Shown: in pieces, positions 37,666 through 47,450 of the stretch | How the letters are laid out: each line of letters starts with the position of its first letter | Numbering within the stretch: position 1 is the stretch's first letter | Source of the DNA: a virus | Lineage: Duplodnaviria; Caudoviricetes | Virus record (IMG/VR): IMGVR_UViG_3300021256_000002 | Coordinates: 96,001 to 160,000 of that record | Reading direction: 5' to 3' (one strand) | DNA length: 64,000 nt | Position numbers and translations under genes: made by a program | The notes under the pieces: model-generated | Told to the model about the DNA's origin: nothing | The model's database searches: none | Seen by the model: the letters and a program-made list of their open reading frames with translations, nothing else

Positions 37666-38430
37666 ATGAAAAAGAAAGTTGATGTACATTTTTATGGTAC
37701 TGGCAATGCGTTTAGTACCAGACCGAACACAAGTTTTGGATTCGAATTGTGTACTAATTTAAAGACTATCTTTATCTTTGAAGTTCCTATGAGTACGACT
37801 AAACAGATTATTGATCAAGGGCGCTCAATACATGGCAACTTTGATAATGATAGTATTGCTTCTATCGTTATTTGCATATCGCATCTGCATGAAGATCATG
37901 CTGGTGGGTTATCGACTCTACTAGCATGGCTTAAATATGCTAAGAAGATACCTTTGGAAGATAAGGTTACCATCATTTGCCCAAATATAGATGATATGGA
38001 AACCTATTTGGACTTAACTTTACATTTACCAAATGAACAAAATCCGGTGATTACAGAGCAGTATTATCGTACGCGCCATATGGATACTATGGTAGAAATT
38101 CAGCCAGAAGATGTTGTTCATTGTAAGGATATGAACTCGGTTGGGTTTGATGTGACGGTAACACATCCTGCTGAAAGCAATTCGACTACCCAGTTCAGAT
38201 TCTATTATACTGGCGATTGTATTGAGATGCCCGCTCATATAGTTTCCCAATTCAATAAGCATGATATCGATATTCTTATTAGTGAAATTTCTGAGTTCCC
38301 AATAGAGCCATGGAATGTTCATTGCTCATATGAGTTCTTTAAAAAGAATTTCAACCCAGATGATATTCGTAACCGAATAATATTTGTACATTACAATTTC
38401 GATTATAAGAAAGTATTAAACTTGAATTAA
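37666..38430 (+). CDS. MBL-fold metallohydrolase (RNase Z/phosphodiesterase-like)
   Basis: GTGNAF, SHLHEDHAGG (HxHxDH), YYTGD and terminal VH motifs. Confidence 0.85.
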   Translation: MKKKVDVHFYGTGNAFSTRPNTSFGFELCTNLKTIFIFEVPMSTTKQIIDQGRSIHGNFDNDSIASIVICISHLHEDHAGGLSTLLAWLKYAKKIPLEDKVTIICPNIDDMETYLDLTLHLPNEQNPVITEQYYRTRHMDTMVEIQPEDVVHCKDMNSVGFDVTVTHPAESNSTTQFRFYYTGDCIEMPAHIVSQFNKHDIDILISEISEFPIEPWNVHCSYEFFKKNFNPDDIRNRIIFVHYNFDYKKVLNLN

Positions 38431-38503
38431 TCGATTTCAAAAAGAAAAACCTCCTTTCAAATATATATCATATAGATAGTACATTTGAAAGGAGGTGCTA
38501 AAG

Positions 38504-38677
38504 ATGAACGCTGATGTGCTAAATACAACACAGATCCAGTCTTTGGTTTCGCAGTTGACTATCGCGCATGGTCCAATTGCAGCCAAAGACTGGATCTTAA
38601 CACACATACATCCTGGGGTAAAACAGGCTGACGCAATGTCGGCTATGTTCAGGACGTATAAGAAAATGGTAGCTTAA
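38504..38677 (+). CDS. Small early protein
   Basis: GGAGG RBS, early promoter at 38455-38472, terminator downstream. Confidence 0.6.
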   Translation: MNADVLNTTQIQSLVSQLTIAHGPIAAKDWILTHIHPGVKQADAMSAMFRTYKKMVA

Positions 38678-38736
38678 CAGCTACTGTTTTAGTTAAAAAG
38701 GAGTAGCCGAAGCAACGCTCCTTTTTTACTTTTTTG

Positions 38737-39192
38737 TTAATATAATTTAGTATTTAGTACAATCAAATCTTCAACCGTTATATTATTTTTTCTCACGAAT
38801 TCTCTAATCTTTGGATTACTTTGATCTAATTTTTCACCTGTGATTTCGTTAAAGTTTATAGGTGGGCGCCTACCATGTATTATATCAGAGTATATTTGCT
38901 CAGCATGAGCAGTTACCCTTTTACGATATTTATCTAATTCAATTTCTTTTTGTCTTTCGCGTTCAGCTAATTGACGTTTACTCTCTTCAGCAGCCCTTTC
39001 TCGCTCTTTCAACCTTCTATAATCATAGTAGCTTCTAATTAATGGTTCGACGAAGAGCTGTTCAAATATTACCATTACCAAATAAGCAAAACTCAGACAG
39101 AGCATAGTTGGACCATCGATATTGCCAAATAAAAGTAACGCTAATAATATTAATGCTATCCACATAACAGATACCTCCTTGAATAAAAACAA
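38737..39192 (-). CDS. Membrane protein with coiled coil
   Basis: Two N-terminal hydrophobic segments; likely start MWIALIL. Confidence 0.6.
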   Translation of the reverse strand: MFLFKEVSVMWIALILLALLLFGNIDGPTMLCLSFAYLVMVIFEQLFVEPLIRSYYDYRRLKERERAAEESKRQLAERERQKEIELDKYRKRVTAHAEQIYSDIIHGRRPPINFNEITGEKLDQSNPKIREFVRKNNITVEDLIVLNTKLY

Positions 39193-39298
39193 AACATACC
39201 GAATCGGTATGTTTTTTATTAATCAGTTGACTAAGCCCTTAGGATATATTAAAAGGGTAACGATTCGTTACCCTTTTAAAGATGATACATGTTCAAGG

Positions 39299-40111
39299 TC
39301 ATTTAACGACTTTGAATTTGCTTAGTTTCGCTTTATGAATTATCTCTTCAGGCGTATCAACCTTATTCATGCTATCTGAGAACTGTAATAACCATTCCCA
39401 AATGCAGCCTTTAACTTCACCAGGATCCATCTTCATACCGATACCACGTTCAACTATATCACGAATGTTTAATTCGGCAAACATGATTATTGCTAATTGA
39501 TGTACTTCAGCATTATCCCGTTCTCCATTCGGTACTTTAGCTAACGAGTTGACCATAGTCGAAAGTTCCGTATATAAACGACCTTTCTTAACTGGGTAGC
39601 TCATTGCTTTAGAATACATCACCAGTTTATTAATCGAGCTTGCCTCTAGTTTTCTAGCGAAAACACTCATTGCTCGAATAGGATCATATTTCTTAGAAGC
39701 AAAGATCCCAGTCTTTCTAATAGATGGAATCACTTCAGTCGCAAGCCATTTCTGGAAAGTTTTCGCTGTTTCATTCTTGGCCTTCATCGCCAATCCATAG
39801 AAAATACTTTCAGGAATGTACGCATCTTCTTTCTTAATTTCAATAGGATCGTAGATATAATCGAAACTATTGAGGTATTTAAGAACACGATTCCAACGAA
39901 TAAACTGATTTGTTTTTCGATCATATTTAGTTTTGTCGCCACTTGTGGCGACAAAAACAGTTTTCTTTTCATCAGTGAATCCAAGTCCGATACAAACATC
40001 AGATAAATTCACATACACTGTACCGTCTTCAACGGTATACCCGCGTACATTAATACTGAGCTCGATATTATCAAAGCTCTCGATTGTCGTTTTTTCATCT
40101 TGAATTTTCAT
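39299..40111 (-). CDS. Bro-N family antirepressor-like DNA-binding protein
   Basis: VYVNLSDVCIGLGF...IPESIFYGLAMKAKNETAKTFQKWLATEVIPSIRKTG. Confidence 0.85.
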   Translation of the reverse strand: MKIQDEKTTIESFDNIELSINVRGYTVEDGTVYVNLSDVCIGLGFTDEKKTVFVATSGDKTKYDRKTNQFIRWNRVLKYLNSFDYIYDPIEIKKEDAYIPESIFYGLAMKAKNETAKTFQKWLATEVIPSIRKTGIFASKKYDPIRAMSVFARKLEASSINKLVMYSKAMSYPVKKGRLYTELSTMVNSLAKVPNGERDNAEVHQLAIIMFAELNIRDIVERGIGMKMDPGEVKGCIWEWLLQFSDSMNKVDTPEEIIHKAKLSKFKVVK

Positions 40112-40261
40112 GTCAATTCCTCCTCTATGAATAGAAATATTCTAGCTAAGCTTTTTAACTTAGCTAGAATATAATATATACTTAACTTTTATTTTGAAAA
40201 ATTCGTATTATTAATTTAATTTTATCGTACTATTTACAACTACCCAAAAGGAGGGATTCCT

Positions 40262-40684
40262 ATGGCTAATTTATGTATTGAAGCAATTGATTTGAAACTC
40301 TGGGATGGTAAACGTCGTCCTGAGGAAGTTCAGAACAAGGATGTACGCTCTTGCACGATTTGTGAATGGGGTGATGATGTTCATAACCACATTTTCAAGT
40401 ACTTTGATAATGTATATAAGGAGCGCTATCATGTAAATGCTCCGGATGAATACGAAATGCGTGTGAGACCTAGTGATTTGGTTGACCTTGTCTTTACCAT
40501 GATGGATGCGTGGAAAGAGGATTTTACCGCAACCATCAATACCACCCGTAAATTACCAAATGATGACCACCATCGGTTGTTTGATTATCACTATAATATG
40601 ATGAGTAAGGATATTTATAATATCAAAGCTATCAAAGAAGCTGTTGATAATAAGCAGCCACTTGCAGTATTAAAAGTTGATTAA
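40262..40684 (+). CDS. Hypothetical protein
   Basis: 140 aa, GGAGG RBS. Confidence 0.7.
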   Translation: MANLCIEAIDLKLWDGKRRPEEVQNKDVRSCTICEWGDDVHNHIFKYFDNVYKERYHVNAPDEYEMRVRPSDLVDLVFTMMDAWKEDFTATINTTRKLPNDDHHRLFDYHYNMMSKDIYNIKAIKEAVDNKQPLAVLKVD

Positions 40685-40775
40685 TCTGCATTTGACCACG
40701 AGCATTATATGCTCGTGGTTTTTACCCATCTGCACAAAATAGTAAGCGATAAAAGGTTGAAAGTTGGTGAAATCA

Positions 40776-41636
40776 ATGAGTGAATCTAAATATAATGAAC
40801 CATTCGACCCATCGTGGTATAATATCAGAGAACTTCCGTTGGATGAAGCTGTTAGAGTACCAATGGTCGAAATGTTCATTGATAAAGGACTTTATCCTGA
40901 GAATGCTCGGGAACTTACTGCATTGGTGATTGAAAGTAATCCATATATGATGATTCATAATGTTGAATCTTCATTGGAAAACGATGATGATATCATGCTT
41001 GAAACTTTTTTACATGCATATCAAGTTACTCATGGGAATACCGATCTCATGTTTGAAGCGTTGAGCTATGGTACACTTGATTATGCTTGCGAAGGTATAA
41101 TTGATAGACTTGCTGATACTGATACAGGTAAAGCTGTTCGTAGAGCAGCTAATACTGTAAAACATACAGTATCACCAGTTATTAGTGGATTAATTGATAC
41201 TGTGAATAATTTTGTTAAATGGGATGCTGAGAAAGATAGAGAGATGGTTATAACTGGTTCTTTCTTTTTGAAAGCTCGTTATCTCTTTAAGAAAATTCTC
41301 ATGTATTCTGTTGCAAGTTCTTTAGTATTATCTATACCTGCGCCAATTCTCCCTTTGATATTACTTAAGATTACTGGGTATATCGTTTTACCATTTTTAA
41401 AATGGAAAGAAATATTTGGTGCTGGATATAAGATGACTGCTGGTGATGGGTATATTGGCCCAGATAAAGTAAAGAATCGTGTAATTCAAGAATTGGAACT
41501 TGAACTCAAAATGACTCGGGAGAAAATCGATGATGCAAAAGCTGCTGGTGATAAGCAAGCAAAATATGCATTGATGAGAACCGAGAATAAAATTGAGTTG
41601 GAAATCACTCGAATCAAAACCCATGGTTTAGTATAA
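40776..41636 (+). CDS. Putative virion/head assembly protein
   Basis: Late promoter at 40733-40744; x-x-E sites; hydrophobic segment and C-terminal coiled coil; lies upstream of the capsid gene. Confidence 0.5.
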   Translation: MSESKYNEPFDPSWYNIRELPLDEAVRVPMVEMFIDKGLYPENARELTALVIESNPYMMIHNVESSLENDDDIMLETFLHAYQVTHGNTDLMFEALSYGTLDYACEGIIDRLADTDTGKAVRRAANTVKHTVSPVISGLIDTVNNFVKWDAEKDREMVITGSFFLKARYLFKKILMYSVASSLVLSIPAPILPLILLKITGYIVLPFLKWKEIFGAGYKMTAGDGYIGPDKVKNRVIQELELELKMTREKIDDAKAAGDKQAKYALMRTENKIELEITRIKTHGLV

Positions 41637-41655
41637 ATAGAAAGGAGGAACCATT

Positions 41656-42660
41656 ATGGACGATATGCTGATGCGAATGGTAATGGAAGCTGAAAATAGC
41701 CGTAAAAGAAATGCTCAACGTCAGCAAGATGATGGTCCAACTGATTATTCTGCAGATGTACCAGAACCAGACGATGATGGTACTGCCCAAAATGATGCTG
41801 GTGGAGATGAACCTATTGACTACAGTGCCGATGTGCCTGAACCTGATGATGATACATCTGGTGGTGAAGAAGGTGCTCCTCCAGAAGATCAAGGCGCTCC
41901 AGATGAAGGTCCAACTGATTACGGTGCAGATGTACCTTCTCCAGATGATGACCAAGGTGCAGGGGATGAACCACCTCCTGAACAAGCAGGTGATGATGCT
42001 CAAGCTCCAGCGCCAGATGATACTGGTGGAGGAGATGCTCCTGCAGATGATGGACCTACGGATTATGGAGCAGATGTTCCTAGTCCAGATGGAGATGATG
42101 CTCAAGGTGGTGAAGAAAGTGCTCCTCCAGCAGAAGGAGACCAAGAACAACCGCCTGCTCCAGACCAAGGTGATGGTGGACAACCTCCAGCTGATGGTCA
42201 AGATCAAGGAGGTGGAGATGCTCCTGCTGAAGGAGATGACCAAGCTCAACCGGATGATGGTTCAGATGAGTTTGGCGCTCCAGCAGAAGACCCTGCTCCT
42301 GGTGAACTAAGCGATGATGATAAAGTTGTAATCGGGTTTACTCTCGAACGTGACTTTATTCGTTTATATAAAGATATACGTACGTATATCAGAAAAATCC
42401 AAGATGCTCAAAGAGAGACTATTTTGGCTGCCGTGGTCTCTGATATTGTTATTACTAATCTTGAGAAGATTAGGGAAATGACATATCATTACATTATCTT
42501 TGAATTTGATCATGCTAGTTATGAAGAAGCGTTATTTAATTTCAATTATATCATTGAAATGGTTAGGCGAAATCTTGCAATGATTAAGACAGTTAAAGAC
42601 GCTGAAGAAAAAGCAAACAAATTGAAAGATAAGAGTTCAAAGACCTCAACATCTAAGTAA
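41656..42660 (+). CDS. Highly acidic repeat protein, candidate prohead scaffold/core
   Basis: Four copies of (GP)TDY(S/G)ADVP(E/S)PD; immediately upstream of the putative major capsid gene. Confidence 0.5.
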   Translation: MDDMLMRMVMEAENSRKRNAQRQQDDGPTDYSADVPEPDDDGTAQNDAGGDEPIDYSADVPEPDDDTSGGEEGAPPEDQGAPDEGPTDYGADVPSPDDDQGAGDEPPPEQAGDDAQAPAPDDTGGGDAPADDGPTDYGADVPSPDGDDAQGGEESAPPAEGDQEQPPAPDQGDGGQPPADGQDQGGGDAPAEGDDQAQPDDGSDEFGAPAEDPAPGELSDDDKVVIGFTLERDFIRLYKDIRTYIRKIQDAQRETILAAVVSDIVITNLEKIREMTYHYIIFEFDHASYEEALFNFNYIIEMVRRNLAMIKTVKDAEEKANKLKDKSSKTSTSK

Positions 42661-42687
42661 AAACTAATTAGAAAGGATGTGTCCTGA

Positions 42688-44535
42688 ATGTCTAAATTAT
42701 ATCAGGATATTTACGATCCTCAGCTCCAGGTTACTGAGTGCGTTGGATCGTTTACTTCTGTTGATAAAGACCATGACTTTAAGGCATGTGTGAAAGACAC
42801 TTATGAGCATTTTATGCACGGCCTCAATGTTGACCCCTACAGCAATATGAAAACAATCCTCATGAATGAAGGATATTATGCCCAGTTCAAAAATATGCTG
42901 TATGGCGATGTAACTGAAGCCTCTCAGCCGACCAGTTATGGTGCCTTCGGACAGAATGCTGCAAATGGCCAGAATGACGAATATGTTGCTCTGCACGCTG
43001 ATAAATTGGAACGCCTGCTTGAGAATACCCGTCAGGTAATTCTTCAGGAATCTTCCACGGCTGGTGTGTTGGAACCGATCGTTGGCTTGACGATGCCGCT
43101 TCTGAAGAAGGAATACATTACCAACCAGTTCAAGGATATGCTCCAGGTAATGGTTGCACCGAAACCGATCATTCGTTATGCATATGAACGGCGCTTCATG
43201 AAGAATGAAAACGGGGACAAGATGTTCTTCCCGGAATGCTTCTATGACGGCTCCTATGCAGAATTCACGGATGCAACTATCGGTAAGCCCATTTCCAGCG
43301 AATGGTATCCGAAAGCAGGCGGTTCTCTGCCTCTGGTTGATCTGAATATGCTCGAAGAGAGCGGCGGTTCTCTGAAGACCCGTGACGCTCTGGGCTATGA
43401 CTTCTGCATTGACGCTGTGAAACTCGATGTTGCAAATGATACTGCAACTGAAGAAGTTATCATTGAAGGCGTTAATCTGAAACCTGACTATGCATCCCGT
43501 ACGTTCCGTCAGGAAATTCCGGTTAAATCCAAGAAGACCGGCGATGATACGGTTTACAACGTACAGATTTTCGGTATGGTTGATTTCTATACTGGTATCG
43601 TTACGGTTACGGCTGTATCTTCTGATGCTACGGTAATCACTCCGACTGGTATTCGCTTTGGCGGTCATCTGTCCAACGCAAACAACGATATCGTTGTTGA
43701 GTTCGATAAAGAACGTCACAATGAGCAGATCACCATCGCTGAGAAAGAACGCTTCAACATCGGCTTGACTCTGGAAAAGATTCAGGATGAAAAAGCGCTC
43801 ACGAACAGTGATGTGACGTCTGAACTCGTTGCTGATATGGCTGATATCTGCTCTCAGACGGCTGACTCCAATACGCAGCGCATGCTGGAAAATTCCTTCA
43901 ACAAGACGAAGGTAATTCAGACGACTCGTATCTTCCAGCCGATGGGCTATACGTTCAAGTTTGCTGATGAATACGAATTCGACCTGTCTGCTCCCAGCAC
44001 GTACATGATTCCGGAATCCCAGTGGAGATCCGACCAGCTCCGTTACTACTTCGGCCGCGTGATCAGCTATCTGAAAACCAAGCTGCATGACGAACGCGTT
44101 ATGTTCGCAATCTCTGCAAATAGCTTCGTTATCGAAATGCTGTCCGCTACGACGACTAACGGCGTTCGCTGGGTACTCGATTCTGGCTCTAACATCGGTG
44201 GTGTAAAGCTGGATTACAAGTTCGGTGTTATGACCGTTGATGGTACTCGCCTGCACATCGTTGCAACGCAGAAAGAAACCATCGAAAAGGGCTTCCGTAT
44301 TGTTGCTATTCCGCTGACGGATACTGTTATCACGTACCGTAAGTACGAATATAGCTTCAATATCGAAACGAACTATCGTAACAAGCTCACTCCGAATACG
44401 CCGAACATCATGGGCGTTCAGCGCTATGAATTCCTTGAAGTTCTGCCGTTCCAGAGCTGCTTGTTCATCAAACAGTATCGTGAAGGTAACTTCGGCTTCA
44501 TGCCGTCCGACATCTATCCGGTTAGCGGCCTGTAA
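42688..44535 (+). CDS. Probable major capsid protein precursor
   Basis: 615 aa with very strong codon bias, own late promoter (42648-42659) and UUCG terminator. Putative propeptide ends near ILQES; position is next to the scaffold-like gene. Confidence 0.65.
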   Translation: MSKLYQDIYDPQLQVTECVGSFTSVDKDHDFKACVKDTYEHFMHGLNVDPYSNMKTILMNEGYYAQFKNMLYGDVTEASQPTSYGAFGQNAANGQNDEYVALHADKLERLLENTRQVILQESSTAGVLEPIVGLTMPLLKKEYITNQFKDMLQVMVAPKPIIRYAYERRFMKNENGDKMFFPECFYDGSYAEFTDATIGKPISSEWYPKAGGSLPLVDLNMLEESGGSLKTRDALGYDFCIDAVKLDVANDTATEEVIIEGVNLKPDYASRTFRQEIPVKSKKTGDDTVYNVQIFGMVDFYTGIVTVTAVSSDATVITPTGIRFGGHLSNANNDIVVEFDKERHNEQITIAEKERFNIGLTLEKIQDEKALTNSDVTSELVADMADICSQTADSNTQRMLENSFNKTKVIQTTRIFQPMGYTFKFADEYEFDLSAPSTYMIPESQWRSDQLRYYFGRVISYLKTKLHDERVMFAISANSFVIEMLSATTTNGVRWVLDSGSNIGGVKLDYKFGVMTVDGTRLHIVATQKETIEKGFRIVAIPLTDTVITYRKYEYSFNIETNYRNKLTPNTPNIMGVQRYEFLEVLPFQSCLFIKQYREGNFGFMPSDIYPVSGL

Positions 44536-44546
44536 GATGAGATTTC

Positions 44547-44578
44547 AATCCAGTAAGCTTCGGCTTACTGGATTTTTT
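44547..44578 (+). terminator. Intrinsic terminator (UUCG loop)
   Basis: AATCCAGTAAGC-TTCG-GCTTACTGGATT followed by a T-run. Confidence 0.85.
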
Positions 44579-44605
44579 ATTGCTAAAATGAAAGGAATGA
44601 GATAA

Positions 44606-45520
44606 ATGTTTGACGATTATGATTTCATAACGGAAATGCTATATCAGGATATATGTGAATCTGGTAACACTCCAAAAGGTCGTAGACTGATAAATGCTAG
44701 TGCTAAACGAAACGGTGATTATTTATCACACACCGTCGGTAAAATGGTTGGAATGCAAGTAGCTAGTTATTTGACACCAAGTAAACGTGAAGAAGTTGAC
44801 AACCAAACCAAGAATTTTATAGAGCCACAAAAAAGAAAACTTAAGGTCGCTGAAAAAAATGTAAAGAATGCAGCTAAACGATTAGGGAAGGAACCCAGTT
44901 CATATTTAAGTAAACCTAAAATAGTTAAATCTGCGATTCGCCAAGCTGGACTCAGCGCATTTAGTGCAGCTGTAAAAAAATCAAGAGCAGATCGTCTTGA
45001 TGATGTGAATGAAGCAGCGGATTATTATTTCGCTACTTTGATGGAAGATCTTGGTCATCCTGTATTGGAGAAATCAACCTTCTTGAATAGACACAATGCG
45101 ACTGCATTGGTAGATAATATGACCCGTAAAGAATTCTATATCACCTTTGATGGTAAAGAGAAAAAGACTGTCCATTTCTCTAAGACCTTTATGGGTGCAA
45201 TGGATGAATTCGTGAAGCGTGAATGTTCTCAGGGTAAACCTGAAGCAGTAAATCGTTGGAGACCATTACCTGGTCATCACGAATTCAGAAACCAAGCTTG
45301 GTATGATAAGAATAAGGATAGAACTGTATATGTATGGACGTATTGGACTGCTGGTGGATTCATTGGTAGTTTGATAATTAATCCAATTATTATGCAGGTT
45401 CTCGACCCTGCAGATTATCGTGCTAAAGAAGTGGAACGTAAAGTTGATAGTAGAAGCTCATGCCAGAAGACTACTCTCAAAGCAGTTATCCACAAAGCAA
45501 ATGCTTTGTTAACTCAGTAA
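44606..45520 (+). CDS. Putative internal head protein
   Basis: Acidic leader MFDDYDFITEM..ICES followed by a basic region; second acidic linker VNEA..LMED..VLEK. Confidence 0.55.
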   Translation: MFDDYDFITEMLYQDICESGNTPKGRRLINASAKRNGDYLSHTVGKMVGMQVASYLTPSKREEVDNQTKNFIEPQKRKLKVAEKNVKNAAKRLGKEPSSYLSKPKIVKSAIRQAGLSAFSAAVKKSRADRLDDVNEAADYYFATLMEDLGHPVLEKSTFLNRHNATALVDNMTRKEFYITFDGKEKKTVHFSKTFMGAMDEFVKRECSQGKPEAVNRWRPLPGHHEFRNQAWYDKNKDRTVYVWTYWTAGGFIGSLIINPIIMQVLDPADYRAKEVERKVDSRSSCQKTTLKAVIHKANALLTQ

Positions 45521-45530
45521 GATTGTAAGT

Positions 45531-45562
45531 AATCCAGTAAGCATTTAAGCTTACTGGATTTT
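45531..45562. terminator. Intrinsic terminator with a stem identical to 44547
   Basis: AATCCAGTAAGC-atttaa-GCTTACTGGATT. Confidence 0.8.
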
Positions 45563-45567
45563 TAACG

Positions 45568-45645
45568 TTATCGGTTATCGAAAATATCGAAAATTATGTC
45601 TCCGATAAAGAGACCGGCCAAAATGCATATCCAAAAACTCATCAT
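45568..45645 (-). CDS. 25-aa hydrophobic micropeptide
   Basis: MMSFWICILAGLFIGDIIFDIFDNR with AAGGGGTGG RBS; last gene of the minus-strand cluster. Confidence 0.4.
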   Translation of the reverse strand: MMSFWICILAGLFIGDIIFDIFDNR

Positions 45646-45661
45646 AAACCACCCCTTGGTA

Positions 45662-45853
45662 TTAACTCTTTGATAAGTCAACGATCAACTCATTTGGGAT
45701 AATCGCAAATGGTTCAGTTATCTTGAATTTGCCAAGAATATCTCGTACCTGTACGGCTAAACGGATTTTCTCTTCATACCTTAAGTTACGTATATCTATG
45801 GCTTTAAGGCATAAATGTATAGCTTTTATGATATTCTTTTTTCTGATATACAT
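45662..45853 (-). CDS. Small hypothetical protein
   Basis: 63 aa in a tightly packed cluster. Confidence 0.55.
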   Translation of the reverse strand: MYIRKKNIIKAIHLCLKAIDIRNLRYEEKIRLAVQVRDILGKFKITEPFAIIPNELIVDLSKS

Positions 45854-45856
45854 TTC

Positions 45857-46333
45857 TTACTCCTCGTCTAAATGATTCATATAATATTCACGCGCTTTAT
45901 CCATTGCATTCTGGGCGGATTCTTCTGCTTTGCGCTTTCTTTCCTCTTCTTCTTTTATCTTAGCAGCTTCCTCTGCCCGTGCAGCTTTCCTTTTAGCTTC
46001 AAACATTTTGTCAAACTCGTCTTTCCGCTCGTTTACAGTACTGAGATATGATAAATGTTCATCAAGTTCATTACTTTCAACTACACGGATTTCACTAATG
46101 AATATCACATCAGGATTATCATACATATACCTGCAAGCACCTTCGTTATAACCGAATACGTAATCATTGAAGGTCATATTCCCTAGCAGATCTAATTCAG
46201 ATGTAGATAAAGTATTAAGCTTTGCTTTAACTTTCTTAGCATCTTCTAAATGATCGCATGTAGTTATGATGAAGTATCCAGGGGCTCCTCCATCAATAAG
46301 AGTTTCGCAGCATACCGCGTATACCTTTTTCAC
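45857..46333 (-). CDS. Hypothetical protein, paralog of 46330-46806
   Basis: MKKVYAVCCETLIDGGAPGYFIITTC. Confidence 0.75.
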   Translation of the reverse strand: MKKVYAVCCETLIDGGAPGYFIITTCDHLEDAKKVKAKLNTLSTSELDLLGNMTFNDYVFGYNEGACRYMYDNPDVIFISEIRVVESNELDEHLSYLSTVNERKDEFDKMFEAKRKAARAEEAAKIKEEEERKRKAEESAQNAMDKAREYYMNHLDEE

Positions 46334-46806
46334 ACATCGTCCCTCCAGAACTCAAGTTCATGCATATAATACTCTCTACTTTTGTCGAGAATATGTTGAG
46401 CTTTCTTATTTCGCTCTTCTTTTATACGTTTTTCCTTTTCATCGGCTCGTCTGATTTCTTCAAGCTTTTGCTCTTTGATAGCAGCAATTTTCTCATCACG
46501 AGCTTCCTTTCTTTTGGATACATCTTTTAAATATGATATATGACTATCAATTTCACAATCTTCGACTATGCTAATTGGTGTAATAAAGAATATAGGGGAG
46601 GTCCTACCCACTATCTTATTACAGCCAAACGTATATCGATTAAGCGTAATATCTCCTAACAACATAGTTTCGGATAACGATAGTGCTTTGAGTTTATTTT
46701 CAACTTTTTTAGCACTATCTAGGCTCGTGCATGTTGTTATTATAATATATCCTGGAGTACCTCCATCTATTGTAGTTCTACAACAAACAGCATATGCCTT
46801 TTTCAT
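46330..46806 (-). CDS. Hypothetical protein, paralog of 45857-46333
   Basis: MKKAYAVCCRTTIDGGTPGYIIITTC. Confidence 0.75.
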   Translation of the reverse strand: MKKAYAVCCRTTIDGGTPGYIIITTCTSLDSAKKVENKLKALSLSETMLLGDITLNRYTFGCNKIVGRTSPIFFITPISIVEDCEIDSHISYLKDVSKRKEARDEKIAAIKEQKLEEIRRADEKEKRIKEERNKKAQHILDKSREYYMHELEFWRDDV

Positions 46807-46828
46807 ACTAATCCTCCATAAAATATAA

Positions 46829-47053
46829 TTACCACGTGCTCTTATTATTAAGACTTGAATATCTACGAAGATTGCTAGTCAAAGCATTCTTATTAAGCAT
46901 AGGCATTTCTAAGCTAACGATAGGAGAATAATTTTCACTTAAAAATTTCATCCCTTCTTTGAGACCCTCTGGTACACAATCAGCTAATTTTCTAGCTTTC
47001 TTAAGGGCAATCTTTCTTTTGAACATTTCATTTCTTCCTTTCCATGTATTCAT
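46829..47053 (-). CDS. Small hypothetical protein
   Basis: Likely start MFKRKIALKKARKL. Confidence 0.55.
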   Translation of the reverse strand: MNTWKGRNEMFKRKIALKKARKLADCVPEGLKEGMKFLSENYSPIVSLEMPMLNKNALTSNLRRYSSLNNKSTW

Positions 47054-47059
47054 GCTGAA

Positions 47060-47302
47060 TTATTCCTTGAATCTCGGTTTACCGTATTCGTTGATTAAAT
47101 CATCCCAAGTCTTAAATACATAATTATCCTTGTTAGGTCCATGATTAGAAAAAAGATTCTTGATTCTATTTGCTTGGGGTATAGGTGTAATATCAACAAC
47201 TTCAACATGTAATGCTCTACCTACAAGCCTTTTCGCTTTAATAAGATTTATCTGCCTTTTAAACATCCAACTTCTTCCTTTCTGACCATTCATGTGATTC
47301 AT
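47060..47302 (-). CDS. Small hypothetical protein
   Basis: Likely start MFKRQINLIKAKRL. Confidence 0.55.
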   Translation of the reverse strand: MNHMNGQKGRSWMFKRQINLIKAKRLVGRALHVEVVDITPIPQANRIKNLFSNHGPNKDNYVFKTWDDLINEYGKPRFKE

Positions 47303-47441
47303 TCAGCCAATAACCAAATGCTTTGTCTGGATTTTCTATAGATTTCACTGGACCTTCATAATGCTCTATATAGCTTTGAATGATGCTTTCTTCAGGTATC
47401 ATTTCGGAAGCTTTTTTAAGCATTTTATCACGTGTGTTCAT
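47259..47441 (-). CDS. Small hypothetical protein
   Basis: 60 aa, packed in the cluster. Confidence 0.5.
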   Translation of the reverse strand: MNTRDKMLKKASEMIPEESIIQSYIEHYEGPVKSIENPDKAFGYWLNESHEWSERKKLDV

Positions 47442-47450
47442 ATTGACAGT

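Noticed and set aside
39192-39280. Two strong intergenic palindromes
   Set aside because: Position and A/T flanks fit ordinary terminators, like many others in the window.
42697-44256. 519-aa antisense ORF over the capsid gene
   Set aside because: Expected shadow of strong codon bias in a highly expressed gene; no RBS or recognisable protein features.
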